A stretch of 64,000 nucleotides of DNA from an uncultured delta proteobacterium (lineage in GTDB: Bacteria > Myxococcota_A > Polyangia > Palsa-1104). Within the stretch, counting starts at the first letter, position 1. Each line of letters starts with the position of its first letter. This document shows positions 26,207 through 36,109 of this stretch, in pieces. The stretch is taken from assembly GCA_963785725.1 (NCBI GenBank), contig CAWAWS010000033.1, positions 192,001-256,000 of the forward strand. The letters are read 5' to 3'. The position numbers were made by a program, and so were the translations under genes. Below the pieces are notes generated by a model. It was not told the DNA's origin, made no database searches, and saw only the letters and a program-made list of their open reading frames with translations.

Positions 26207-29200
26207 AGCTCGCTCATTTCTTCATCGACCGGCCGATATTCGCCGGCGTTCTATCGATTATTATCTTCATCCTCGGACTGATATCGATATTCAGGCTGCC
26301 GATATCGGAATATCCCGAGGTCGTGCCGCCGACCGTCGTCGTGCGCGCGCAATATCCCGGCGCCAACCCGCAAGTCATCGCGGAGACGGTGGCGGCGCCG
26401 CTCGAGCAAGAGATCAACGGCGTCGAGGACATGATTTATATGTCGTCGCTGGCCAACTCCGACGGCTCGATGACGCTGACGGTGACGTTTCGGCTCGGCG
26501 CCGACCTCGACCGCGCGCAGGTGCAAGTGCAAAACCGCGTCGCCCAAGCGTTACCGCGCTTGCCGGAAGACGTGCGGCGCTTCGGCGTAACGACGCGCAA
26601 GACGTCGCCCGATTTGACGATGGTCGTGCACTTGTACTCGCCCGATAATCGTTATGACGACACCTATATCCGCAACTACGCGCTGCTGCAGGTCAAGGAC
26701 ACCTTGGCGCGTATTCCCGGAATGGGCGACGTGCAGCTGTTCGGCTCGGGCGATTACAGCATGCGCGTGTGGCTCGACCCGGAGAAGGTCGCGTCGCGCG
26801 GCTTGACGGCGAGCGACGTCGTGCGCGCGCTGCGCGAGCAGAACATCCAGGTCGCCGCCGGCGCGCTCGGGCAGCAGCCGGCGCCACGCGACGCCAGCTT
26901 TCAGATCAGCATCAACGCGCGCGGCCGGCTCGTCGAAGAGTCGGAGTTCGCCGATATCATCGTCAAGACGACGGCCGACGGCGCGCAGGTGCGCTTGGCC
27001 GATATCGCGCGAATCGAATTGGGCGCGAATCAATATGCGTTACGCAGCTTGCTCGACAACAAGCGCGCCGTTGCCATTCCCATCTTTCAAGCGCCGGGCT
27101 CGAACGCGCTGCAGCTGTCGGACACGGTGCGCGCGACAATGAAGGAGCTGTCGAAGAGCTTCCCGCAAGGGCTGACTTACGATGTCGTCTACGATCCGAC
27201 GCGCTTCGTCCGCGCCTCGATCGAAGAGGTCATTCGTACGCTGTTCGAAGCGCTCGTCCTCGTCGTGCTCGTCGTCATTCTGTTCCTGCAGACCTGGCGC
27301 GCGTCGATTATTCCGATCGCGGCCGTTCCCGTCTCGCTCGTCGGCACCTTCGCGATGATGAACATCCTCGGATTCTCCATCAACGCGTTATCGCTATTCG
27401 GGTTGGTGCTCGCCATCGGCATCGTCGTCGACGACGCCATCGTCGTCGTCGAAAACGTCGAGCGCAATATCGCGCTCGGGTTATCGCCCATCGACGCCAC
27501 ACGGCGCGCGATGAACGAAGTGAGCGGACCGATCGTCGCCATCGCGCTCGTCCTGTGCGCGGTCTTCGTACCCATCGGCTTCATCCCCGGCTTGACCGGA
27601 CAGTTCTATCGTCAGTTCGCGCTCACGATCGCCATCTCGACGGTCATTTCGGCGTTCAATTCGCTGACATTGAGCCCGGCGTTGGCGGCGCGATTGCTGC
27701 GCGCGCACGACGCGCCCAAAGATCTGCCGACGCGCTTCATGGATCGCGCCCTCGGCTGGCTGTTCCGTCCATTCAATCGCGTCTTCGACGCGGCTTCCAA
27801 TCGTTATGTCGCGCTCGTGCGCAGCATTCTGCGCCGCTCCGGCGTTGCCATTTTCGCTTACGCCGGCTTATTGGCGTTGACCTATCTCGGCTTCGCCAAA
27901 GTTCCGGGCGGGTTCGTGCCGACGCAGGACAAGCAATATCTCGTCGGCTTCGCGCAGCTCCCGGACGCGGCGTCGCTCGAGCGCTCGGACGAGGTCATTC
28001 GGCGGATGTCGAAGATCGCGCTCGAAACCGAAGGCGTCGAGCACGCGATTGCCTTTCCCGGCTTGTCGATTTCGGGACTGAGCAATAGCCCGAACTCGGG
28101 CGTCGTCTTCGTGGGATTGAAGCCGTTCGAAGAGCGGCGCGGCAAAGGCTTATCGGGGCCGGAGATCGCGGCCACGCTCAATCGTAAGTTCGCGGCCGAG
28201 CAAGACGCGTTCATCGCCGTGTTTCCGCCGCCACCGGTGCAAGGATTGGGGACGATTGGCGGCTGGAAACTGTATGTCGAAGATCGCGCCAATCGCGGCC
28301 CGACCTCGCTCTTTGACGACACGCAAAAGCTGATGGCGGCAGGCGCGAAGTCGAAAGACTTCGTCGGGCTATTCTCGGGATATGAGATCGGAGTGCCGCA
28401 ATTGTTCGCCGATCTCGATCGCCAGAAGGCGAAAGCCGAGGGCGTGGCCATCACCGATGTCTTCGAGACGATGCAGGCCTATTTGGGATCGGTCTACGTA
28501 AACGACTTCAACCGCTTCGGGCGAACGTTTCAGGTGACCGTGCAAGCGGACGCGTCGCATCGAATGACCGCGCAAGATATCCTCGGATTGAAGACGCGGA
28601 ACGCCGACGGCGCGATGGTGCCGCTCGGAAGCATGCTCACCGTGCGCGATACGACCGGGCCCGACCGCGTCACGCGCTATAATGGTTATCCGGCCGCGGA
28701 ATTGAACGGCGGGCCGGCGCCGGGCGTGAGCTCGCGACAGTCGCTGGACGCGATGGCGGCCTTGGCCACGCGTGAATTGCCGCCGGGAACGACATACGAA
28801 TGGACCGATTTGTCGTTCCAGCAGGTGCAAGCGGGCAATACGGCGCTATTGGTGTTTCCGCTGTGTGTGCTCTTGGTCTTCTTGGTTTTGGCAGCCCAAT
28901 ATGAAAGCTGGTCATTGCCGTTGACGGTCATCTTGATCGTGCCGATGTGCTTGTTGGCTGCCATCACCGGTGTTTGGCTCGATGGCAGCGACAACAATAT
29001 CTTCACGCAAATCGGCCTGTTCGTGCTCGTTGGGTTGGCGTGCAAGAACGCCATCCTCATCGTCGAGTTCGCCAAAGACGAGCAAGAGAAGAACGACGAT
29101 CCAATCGCGGCGGTGTTGGCGGCTTGCCGGTTGCGACTGCGCCCCATCTTGATGACTTCGATCGCGTTCATCATGGGTGTTTGGCCGCTCGTCTCGTCGC

Positions 29201-29397
29201 ACGGCGCCGGCGCGGAGATGCGGCGCGCGATGGGTGTCGCCGTCTTCTCGGGAATGATTGGCGTGACCGTCTTCGGCTTGTTGCTGACGCCGGTGTTCTT
29301 CGCGGCGCTGCGGCGGAAGCGGGCCGCGCGCCGCGCTAACGGCGTGGCCGCGGCGCGACCTGCGCCAACGTCGCCGCACGTGCCGACTTCGGCCTGA
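26203..29397 (+). CDS. HAE1 RND efflux permease (MexF/BepE/OqxB-like)
   Basis: FFIDRPIFA, YPEVVPP, IGIVVDDAIVVVENVER, KNAILIVEFA, RLRPILMTS; 1064 aa. Confidence 0.96.
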   Translation: MKLAHFFIDRPIFAGVLSIIIFILGLISIFRLPISEYPEVVPPTVVVRAQYPGANPQVIAETVAAPLEQEINGVEDMIYMSSLANSDGSMTLTVTFRLGADLDRAQVQVQNRVAQALPRLPEDVRRFGVTTRKTSPDLTMVVHLYSPDNRYDDTYIRNYALLQVKDTLARIPGMGDVQLFGSGDYSMRVWLDPEKVASRGLTASDVVRALREQNIQVAAGALGQQPAPRDASFQISINARGRLVEESEFADIIVKTTADGAQVRLADIARIELGANQYALRSLLDNKRAVAIPIFQAPGSNALQLSDTVRATMKELSKSFPQGLTYDVVYDPTRFVRASIEEVIRTLFEALVLVVLVVILFLQTWRASIIPIAAVPVSLVGTFAMMNILGFSINALSLFGLVLAIGIVVDDAIVVVENVERNIALGLSPIDATRRAMNEVSGPIVAIALVLCAVFVPIGFIPGLTGQFYRQFALTIAISTVISAFNSLTLSPALAARLLRAHDAPKDLPTRFMDRALGWLFRPFNRVFDAASNRYVALVRSILRRSGVAIFAYAGLLALTYLGFAKVPGGFVPTQDKQYLVGFAQLPDAASLERSDEVIRRMSKIALETEGVEHAIAFPGLSISGLSNSPNSGVVFVGLKPFEERRGKGLSGPEIAATLNRKFAAEQDAFIAVFPPPPVQGLGTIGGWKLYVEDRANRGPTSLFDDTQKLMAAGAKSKDFVGLFSGYEIGVPQLFADLDRQKAKAEGVAITDVFETMQAYLGSVYVNDFNRFGRTFQVTVQADASHRMTAQDILGLKTRNADGAMVPLGSMLTVRDTTGPDRVTRYNGYPAAELNGGPAPGVSSRQSLDAMAALATRELPPGTTYEWTDLSFQQVQAGNTALLVFPLCVLLVFLVLAAQYESWSLPLTVILIVPMCLLAAITGVWLDGSDNNIFTQIGLFVLVGLACKNAILIVEFAKDEQEKNDDPIAAVLAACRLRLRPILMTSIAFIMGVWPLVSSHGAGAEMRRAMGVAVFSGMIGVTVFGLLLTPVFFAALRRKRAARRANGVAAARPAPTSPHVPTSA

Positions 29398-29408
29398 GCG
29401 ACGCTAAC

Positions 29409-29453
29409 CCGCTAAGGACTAATCATGTGCGATATGTGATGAGTCCTTAGCGG
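29409..29453. repeat. AT-richer hairpin (bidirectional terminator or MITE/REP-like element)
   Basis: ccgctaaggact ... agtccttagcgg 12-bp perfect inverted repeat, extended by atca/tgat after one mismatch, between convergent stops. Confidence 0.7.
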
Positions 29454-29460
29454 AAGCGAC

Positions 29461-30147
29461 TCAGTAGCCGTGCGAATAGACCGAGCTGCTCTCGGGCGGC
29501 GCATCGGCGAACGTCCCGCCAAATCCAAATTCGATACCGCTCACCATATGCATGCGACGCAAGCCGTCACACGTAAAGAGCGCCGGTAAGACTGCCGCCA
29601 AATCCGAGGCGGGCATCGACCACAACGCGTTGGCACCGTGAACGGCGATGGTGAAGATTCCTTTGTTCACGACTGTCGGTAAGCGGAAGAGGCCATTGTA
29701 GTCGTCGCCGGTTCGCTCGACGGAGAAGACGCGCAAGCCGACGTGGCCCTCGATTTTCTGCGCGTTGGCGATGAAGTCGACCGCGAGACCAGATAGGTTA
29801 CCGGTAAAATGCAGTGCATTCTGGGCACCGCGAACGTCGATGGCCATTGGATAGCGGTTGTCGAGTGAGCCGACGACCTGCACGTGATCGCCTTTATGGT
29901 CGACTTCGCTGTCGAGGAACATGCCGCAGACGCGACCGCGAATGGAGCCGCCGGCGGAGCGCAATCCGCTCGACGGATCGCCGGGGCGCGGGTGCGCGTC
30001 TTCGTGTTTGACGGTGAAGGGCTGGCCGCTGAATTGGTAAGTGGCGCGCGGCATCGAGTGGCCGTCGATGACGACGGGACCGGGGCCGGCACAGCCGACG
30101 GCGACCACGCCCAACGCGAGAATGAGTGGGCGAATGGGTGCGAACAT
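29461..30147 (-). CDS. Hypothetical lipoprotein
   Basis: GAGGA RBS, MFAPIRPLILALGVVAVGC signal and lipobox, beta-rich 228 aa. Confidence 0.7.
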   Translation of the reverse strand: MFAPIRPLILALGVVAVGCAGPGPVVIDGHSMPRATYQFSGQPFTVKHEDAHPRPGDPSSGLRSAGGSIRGRVCGMFLDSEVDHKGDHVQVVGSLDNRYPMAIDVRGAQNALHFTGNLSGLAVDFIANAQKIEGHVGLRVFSVERTGDDYNGLFRLPTVVNKGIFTIAVHGANALWSMPASDLAAVLPALFTCDGLRRMHMVSGIEFGFGGTFADAPPESSSVYSHGY

Positions 30148-30209
30148 GGCGATTGTTCCTCGAATGACGTTAAGGATTAAGCGTTCGCGTACGAATAATG
30201 GATTGCGTC

Positions 30210-30530
30210 TCATGCGCCGGCGGCCTTCGCGGCGCGCAGCTTCAAGAGGCGTAGCGACGGATAGCCGAGCGTCAGCGTCTGCAGCGTCCAGCCGATGGCG
30301 GCCGCAGGCGCGACGCCGCTGGCCAGGCGAAATGCGTAGGCCGCCTCGCCGACATGCAGCGCGACCGCGCCGACGAAGACGGCGATGAGCACCGCGGCCG
30401 GCGGCAGCCAAAACAGGTGCGCCGTCCACCACGCGAGCGCCGGCGGGTCGAAGGCGAGCACGCCGAGCGTGGTCATTCCGGCGATGATGGTGATCCACCA
30501 AACGACGTGCGGACGATCGATAGGCGACAT
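30210..30530 (-). CDS. Small membrane protein (TMEM254/DUF4499-like)
   Basis: Three hydrophobic segments, LHVGEAAYA, WTLQTLTLGYPSL. Confidence 0.65.
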   Translation of the reverse strand: MSPIDRPHVVWWITIIAGMTTLGVLAFDPPALAWWTAHLFWLPPAAVLIAVFVGAVALHVGEAAYAFRLASGVAPAAAIGWTLQTLTLGYPSLRLLKLRAAKAAGA

Positions 30531-30903
30531 GAGGCGCATGATAACCGGGCGCGGCGCCGCGGGAAAGTCGGGCATCCCGGCGCGGCCGATTCCAGGCGAT
30601 GACGCTAGCCTGTTCGCGTCGACCAGGCATGTGACGGCGGCACTTGCCGGACGCGCCAAGCCGCTCGAGCAATCGACACGCACGAGGGACGGCGCTCCGC
30701 GGATGGCGCGCGAGAATCGCGACAACGACGCGCCACTGCTGGGCTATCCGGCACCTTCGAGCTGCTCGAAGACGATTTATGAAGGCTTCGGCGACTCGAA
30801 CTATTACGAATTGGGCGAGAAGATCGATCCGACGTCGTTCGAGGCGGTGACGGTCAGGCCCGAGTAATCGCGATTCACAGCAGCGCGTAGCCCGTAACGG
30901 TGT

Positions 30904-31824
30904 TCAATAGACGTGCGGGACGAACAGCTGCGGCGGAATGGGACCGCGCAGGTAATTCGGGTTGTGCACGCGCGCCGGAAGCTCGACCGTAGGCTGCTCG
31001 ATATCGCCCGCCGGAATCTGCTCCAGCAAGTGATGAATGCAGTTCAGACGCGCCCGCTTCTTATCATTGGCTTCGACGACCCACCAGCGCGCTTCGGGAA
31101 TATGCGTGCGCTCGATCATCGTCTCTTTGGCTTTCGTATAGTCTTCCCAATGGCGGCGCGACTCCAAGTCCATCGGGCTCAATTTCCAGCGCTTCAAAGG
31201 ATCGTGAATCCGCATCGCGAATCGTAAGTACTGCTCGTCATCGGTGATCGAAAACCAATATTTGATGAGCACGATTCCCGAGCGCACGAGCATCTTTTCG
31301 AACTCGGGCGTGCTGCGAAAGAACTCTTCGTATTCTTCGTCGCTGCAAAAGCCCATGACGCGCTCGACGTTGGCGCGGTTGTACCAGCTGCGATCGAAGA
31401 GCACGATCTCGCCGCCGGCCGGCAGATGCGCGATGTATCGCTGGAAATACCACTGCGTGCGCTCGCGGTCGTTGGGCGCGGGCAACGCGGCGACGCGGCA
31501 CACACGCGGGTTCAATCGCTGCGTAATGCGCTTGATGACGCCGCCTTTGCCGGCCGCGTCGCGCCCTTCGAAGAGCACGACGACTTTGAGCTTATTGCGG
31601 ACGACCCAGTCTTGCAGCTTGACCAGCTCGCCCTGCAGCCGCAACAGCTCGCGAAAATAGCGGCCGCGATCGAGCGCCGGCCCGTGGCCGTTGCCGTCGT
31701 TCTTGAGCGCGCCGTCGTCGAGCTCCATCTCCAGCTCTTCGTCGATGCTATCGAGCACCTCGCTGCGGACGCGCTGCTGGAGATCGCCGATGTCGAGACC
31801 GTAGCGTTCGTCTTGGCCGCTCAC
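30904..31824 (-). CDS. ppk2: Polyphosphate kinase 2
   Basis: FEGRDAAGKGG, WYFQRY, FDRSWYNR, WKLSPMD. Confidence 0.97.
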   Translation of the reverse strand: MSGQDERYGLDIGDLQQRVRSEVLDSIDEELEMELDDGALKNDGNGHGPALDRGRYFRELLRLQGELVKLQDWVVRNKLKVVVLFEGRDAAGKGGVIKRITQRLNPRVCRVAALPAPNDRERTQWYFQRYIAHLPAGGEIVLFDRSWYNRANVERVMGFCSDEEYEEFFRSTPEFEKMLVRSGIVLIKYWFSITDDEQYLRFAMRIHDPLKRWKLSPMDLESRRHWEDYTKAKETMIERTHIPEARWWVVEANDKKRARLNCIHHLLEQIPAGDIEQPTVELPARVHNPNYLRGPIPPQLFVPHVY

Positions 31825-32222
31825 GAGTTCACCGCCAATGAGGCATACGAATGAAGCAAAGCTGCAGCGAGCATGGGCAGAAGGGCTCCTTTGCCGCAGC
31901 CTACTGCCGCGGCGTTACGCGCACGGTCACCATCCGGCAAATCCCGCGTGACGGACGGACGACATATTACCTCGACCCGCGGTGGCAGCCTACCCAGGCC
32001 GAGGCGATGCGTCAGGCGCACGAAATGAGCGAGTTTCGCGGCCGGCGAAATGGGTTTTCCGTGCTTCACCGAACCCATCCAACGGGGCGGCCGCAAGCGG
32101 TGGACGGGCGCGGAGCTCGACCGCGCCCAGCGGCCCGCATACTGAACGAATCAACAGCAGATAGAACGCGAGGCAAGTCGACTCGCCGGATAGTGACTCA
32201 GCCTACGAATCTCGAGTGCTCC

Positions 32223-32399
32223 TGAGACAGCCTGAGACGCTGTCTCATGGGACAGCGGGGAATGCGAAAATCCGCCGGCGCGACACGCGAAATCAATCAT
32301 TTGCCGCTCGCGGGATCGACGCCTAGCGGATTGACGGGTCGCGGAATTCGCCTCAGTTTTGGCGGCTGTCCCAGGGACTGGCTTGGCTCGCGGGCTGCA
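32223..32399 (+). promoter_or_regulatory. Sigma54-type promoter with IHF site and upstream palindromic enhancer
   Basis: -24/-12 tGGctcgcgggctGCa (GG at 32385, GC at 32397, N10 spacing). IHF consensus match AATCAAtcatTTG at 32291-303. Overlapping palindromes TGAGACAGC/GCTGTCTCA and GCTGTC/GACAGC at 32223-56. Confidence 0.65.
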
Positions 32400-32458
32400 T
32401 TAGGCGTCGGCCAGGATACGACTTGAAGCCGCGCACTGGCCATTGTACGGACGTTGCG

Positions 32459-35400
32459 ATGCCCGACGCCAAAGGCGACGCTGGCCGCCACGACGACGCG
32501 CGGAACGCGACCATCACCACGACCGGCGACGACGGCCCGCGCGACGCGACGATCACCACGACCGGCGACGAGGGCGCGCCCAATACGCCGCGCCAGTTGA
32601 CCTCGACGACGCGCGCGTTCGACCACTACGAAGTCGAGAGCGAGCATGCGCGCGGCGGCATCGGCCGGGTGTTGCGCGCCTGGGACAATCGGCTGCAGCG
32701 TCCCGTCGCGATCAAAGAGCTGCTCGCGGCCAATGATCAACATGCGCGCCGCTTCCTGCGCGAAATCGGGATCACCGCGCGCTTACAACATCCCAGTATC
32801 GTTCCCGTCTATGAAGCGGGACAGGCGCCGAATGGCTCGCCCTTTTATGCCATGCGTTTCGTCAGCGGCCGCACTCTGCGACAGCTCATCGACGCCGCCG
32901 GCAGCCTCGACGCGCGCATGGCGTTGTTACCCAACGTCCTCGCCGTCGCCGACGCGATCGCTTATGCGCATTCGGAGGGCATTCTTCATCGCGACTTGAA
33001 GCCGAGTAACGTCATTATCGGCGGCTTCGGCGAGACCATCGTCATCGATTGGGGCCTGGCCAAGCTGCTCGACGAAGCGCCCGAGGCCGCGGAAATGGAC
33101 AGCGGTCCTTATCGCGCGCCGGCGCCTGCCGATGACCGCACGATCGCCGGTACCGTCTTAGGCACGCCGTTCTATATGCCGCCCGAGCAGGCGGCCGGCG
33201 ACGACGTCGACGCGCGCGCCGACGTCTATGCGTTGGGCGCGATGCTCTATCACGTGCTCGTCGGCCAGCCGCCTTATGCCGGTGATTCGGCGTCGACGCA
33301 GGCCAAGTCGGTGCTCGCCGGCGCGCCCATTCCATTGCCGAGCGCCCAGCCGGACGTGCCGTCCGATTTGGTGGCGCTCGTCGATAAGGCGATGGCGCGC
33401 GCGGCCAGTGATCGCTATCCGTCCGCCAAAGAGTTCGCCGACGACTTGCGCCGCTATCAAACCGGACAGCTCGTGGGCGCGCACCGTTATTCGCGCGCGG
33501 CGCTGCTGGCGCGTTGGCTGCGACGTCATCGCACGCCGGTCGGTTTGGCGGCGCTGTTTACCGCGCTTTTGGCCGCGGGCGGCGTCGCCAGCTTTCGGCA
33601 GATCATCCGCGAGCGAAACACCGCGATCGCGCAGCGGCGAATCGCGCAATCGCGCACGAATCAAATGACGCTGACGCAAGCGGCGAGCGCGCTCGAGACC
33701 GATCCGACCGCGACGCTGGCGTGGCTGAAGACCTATCCGCTCGACGGCGACAATTGGGCGGAAGCGCAGCGACTGGCGGCTGCGGCCGATTCCCGCGGCG
33801 TGGCGCGACTGGAGCTGCAAGGCAAAATGCGCCGCGTAAACAGCCTCGTCGTCGGTCCGGGCGCGCGCGAGGTCACGTCGGTCTCCGATGACGGCACGGT
33901 GCGCGTTTGGGACTTCGATCGCGGTATCGAGAAGGCCCGCGGCGAAACGACATTCAGCATCGGTTGGAATAAATACTCGCCCGATCACCAATCGCTCATT
34001 ACATATGGTGATGGCACGGCGCGGCTCTTCAAGCTGCGCAACGGCGCGCTCGCCGGCAGCACCGAGCTCTCGCCGTCGCTCACGTATTCGGTGGCGTTTT
34101 CGGCGGACAGTGCGCGCGCGCTATTGGGCACCGAGCACGGCGTTCTGCAGGTCGACCTCGACAAAGCCGTGGCGCGTCCTTTCGAGCACACGGGCATTCC
34201 GGCCGGCAATGTCATCTATCGCACCGACGGCCGCATCGTCGCCTTGGGGTTCGACTCCAAGCTGCGCGTGTGGGCGCCGGACGGCAAGCTCGAAGCCACT
34301 TGGGATATCCCCGGTCACAAGACGTGGCGCCTCTTCTTCGACGGCAGCGGACGCTTCGCGGCATTGACGGCGGTCGACAAATCATTCGGCATCCTCGACA
34401 CGACCACCGGCGCGTTTCAATCGCTGCCGGGAATCAGCACGCTGGGTATGGGCAGCTTCTTGCCGGACGCCTCATCCGTCGTCGCGGTCACTTCGGTCAA
34501 TGGCGTCGTCATGTGGACGCCCAAGACCAATAAGACCATTTCGTTGCAGTCGCATATCAGTAAGGTCAACGCCGTCACGGTCTCGCAAGACGGCAACTAT
34601 GTCGCTTCGGGTGACAGCAAAGGCGAAATAGTCGTCTCGTCATTGAGCGACCAAACCTCGGTGACGCTCTCGGCGCGCAAAGAGGTGACGAGCCTCGAGT
34701 TCGTCGGCGCCGACCTCATCGCCGGATATCAAGACGGGACGATTCGCATTTGGGACGCGCCGTTCCATCTCGCCGGCCGTGAGCGCTTTGGCCATTACGG
34801 CAACGTCTTTCAGATCCTGTTTTCGCCCGACAGTCAGCGGCTGGCGACTGGCTCGGGCGATCAAGCGGTGCAGCTCTATTCGGTCGCCGCCGATCAGTCG
34901 CGGCGACTGCCGCTGCCGAAAGCGCTCGTCGAAGGCTTGGCCTTCTCGGATGACGGAAGATATTTGGCCGCCGCCGCCGATGAGGAGGTTCGCATCTGGG
35001 ACACGACGGCCACGCCGGAGAGCGTACGGGTTCTACGCATTCCGACGGGCGTGCGCCGCGTTCGCTTCCGCGACGCGCGACACCTTGTCACCAGCGGCGA
35101 CGACGGCATCGTGCGCGCGTGGGACCTCGATACCGAGCAATTCAAAGAGCTGTCACGTCACAAAGGGCAGATCTTCCCGCTCATGCTCGACAAGTCGCGC
35201 GAGCACGTCTATTCGGGCGCCAAAGACGGCGCCATTCACGCTTGGAATTTCGCGACCGCTAAAGAGGACAATTGGACGCTCGGCTTGGGGCCGATCAATC
35301 AAATGGACCTCACGCTCGATCAGACGAGCTTGGCGACCGGAACGGAGACGGGAAACATCGCCGTCTTGAATCTGCAGACGGGCGCGGTTCGCTGGACGGC

Positions 35401-35830
35401 GAAGCATAAGCGGTTGATCTCGTCGCTGGCGTTGTCGCCGAATGGCAAGTGGGTCGCCAGCGGCAGCGAGGATGGCTTGGTGCAATTGCGCGACGTCCTG
35501 ACGGGCGCGCCGGGCTTGAGCTTTCATCACGAGTCGGTGGCGCGGGCGCTGGCCTTCTCGCGCGACGGCAAGTGGCTCGCCAGCGGCGGCTATGACGGCG
35601 TCCTGCGCGTCTTCGACATGCATACGGGCGCCACCTGCTCGATTCACGCGCTCGACAGCCACATCACGCGGGTCTCGTTCTCGCCCGACAGCGCGACGCT
35701 GGCGCTCGGCGCTTATAACGGCAGCATTCACTTGTGGCGCAGCGGCGACTTCGCAGCCTGCGCGCCGAGCGCGCCGCAAGCGCTGCGCGATTGGATCGAG
35801 CGCCATACCAACGTCACGATTTCCGAGTAA
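32459..35830 (+). CDS. Ser/Thr protein kinase with TM segment and WD40 beta-propellers
   Basis: ARGGIGRV, VAIK, HRDLKPSN, DWG, GTPFYMPPEQ; hydrophobic GLAALFTALLAAGGVASF; many WD repeats. Confidence 0.95.
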   Translation: MPDAKGDAGRHDDARNATITTTGDDGPRDATITTTGDEGAPNTPRQLTSTTRAFDHYEVESEHARGGIGRVLRAWDNRLQRPVAIKELLAANDQHARRFLREIGITARLQHPSIVPVYEAGQAPNGSPFYAMRFVSGRTLRQLIDAAGSLDARMALLPNVLAVADAIAYAHSEGILHRDLKPSNVIIGGFGETIVIDWGLAKLLDEAPEAAEMDSGPYRAPAPADDRTIAGTVLGTPFYMPPEQAAGDDVDARADVYALGAMLYHVLVGQPPYAGDSASTQAKSVLAGAPIPLPSAQPDVPSDLVALVDKAMARAASDRYPSAKEFADDLRRYQTGQLVGAHRYSRAALLARWLRRHRTPVGLAALFTALLAAGGVASFRQIIRERNTAIAQRRIAQSRTNQMTLTQAASALETDPTATLAWLKTYPLDGDNWAEAQRLAAAADSRGVARLELQGKMRRVNSLVVGPGAREVTSVSDDGTVRVWDFDRGIEKARGETTFSIGWNKYSPDHQSLITYGDGTARLFKLRNGALAGSTELSPSLTYSVAFSADSARALLGTEHGVLQVDLDKAVARPFEHTGIPAGNVIYRTDGRIVALGFDSKLRVWAPDGKLEATWDIPGHKTWRLFFDGSGRFAALTAVDKSFGILDTTTGAFQSLPGISTLGMGSFLPDASSVVAVTSVNGVVMWTPKTNKTISLQSHISKVNAVTVSQDGNYVASGDSKGEIVVSSLSDQTSVTLSARKEVTSLEFVGADLIAGYQDGTIRIWDAPFHLAGRERFGHYGNVFQILFSPDSQRLATGSGDQAVQLYSVAADQSRRLPLPKALVEGLAFSDDGRYLAAAADEEVRIWDTTATPESVRVLRIPTGVRRVRFRDARHLVTSGDDGIVRAWDLDTEQFKELSRHKGQIFPLMLDKSREHVYSGAKDGAIHAWNFATAKEDNWTLGLGPINQMDLTLDQTSLATGTETGNIAVLNLQTGAVRWTAKHKRLISSLALSPNGKWVASGSEDGLVQLRDVLTGAPGLSFHHESVARALAFSRDGKWLASGGYDGVLRVFDMHTGATCSIHALDSHITRVSFSPDSATLALGAYNGSIHLWRSGDFAACAPSAPQALRDWIERHTNVTISE

Positions 35831-35887
35831 TCGAAGCATTGTCCGACGATTTTGATTGTGCTAACGGGTCACACACTGGAGAGAGAA

Positions 35888-36079
35888 ATGAAGTCCGATA
35901 AGAAGCCGAAGAAGAAGCTCACGCTCAGCAAGGAAACCCTGCGCCATCTTTCCAGCGACCAGCTGCGGTCCGTCCTGGGTGGAAACGAGACGGCGGGGTG
36001 CCAGTCAGTCGACACCGGCGGGCAGGTCACGACGAGCGGCATGAAGATCTGCAGCAACGTCAGTGACGTCACGCTGTAG
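35888..36079 (+). CDS. Double-glycine leader peptide, lanthipeptide/RiPP-precursor-like (63 aa)
   Basis: Purine-rich RBS GGAGAGAGAA. Leader MKSDKKPKKKLTLSKETLRHLSSDQLRSVLGG. The 31-aa core has 2 Cys and 9 Ser/Thr. Confidence 0.75.
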   Translation: MKSDKKPKKKLTLSKETLRHLSSDQLRSVLGGNETAGCQSVDTGGQVTTSGMKICSNVSDVTL

Positions 36080-36109
36080 ACGGCGACGAATCGCCGCGTC
36101 GTTGCACCT

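Noticed and set aside
30703..30867. 54-aa ORF MARENRD...VTVRPE
   Set aside because: It has coding-like codons but no recognisable family; possibly a gene remnant, too weak to call.
31851..32225. 124-aa ORF upstream of ppk2
   Set aside because: Atypical codon usage, no motifs, and it runs into the regulatory region.
32459..35830. Class III/IV lanthipeptide synthetase for the adjacent peptide
   Set aside because: No lyase or cyclase domain is visible; the architecture is kinase-TM-WD40.
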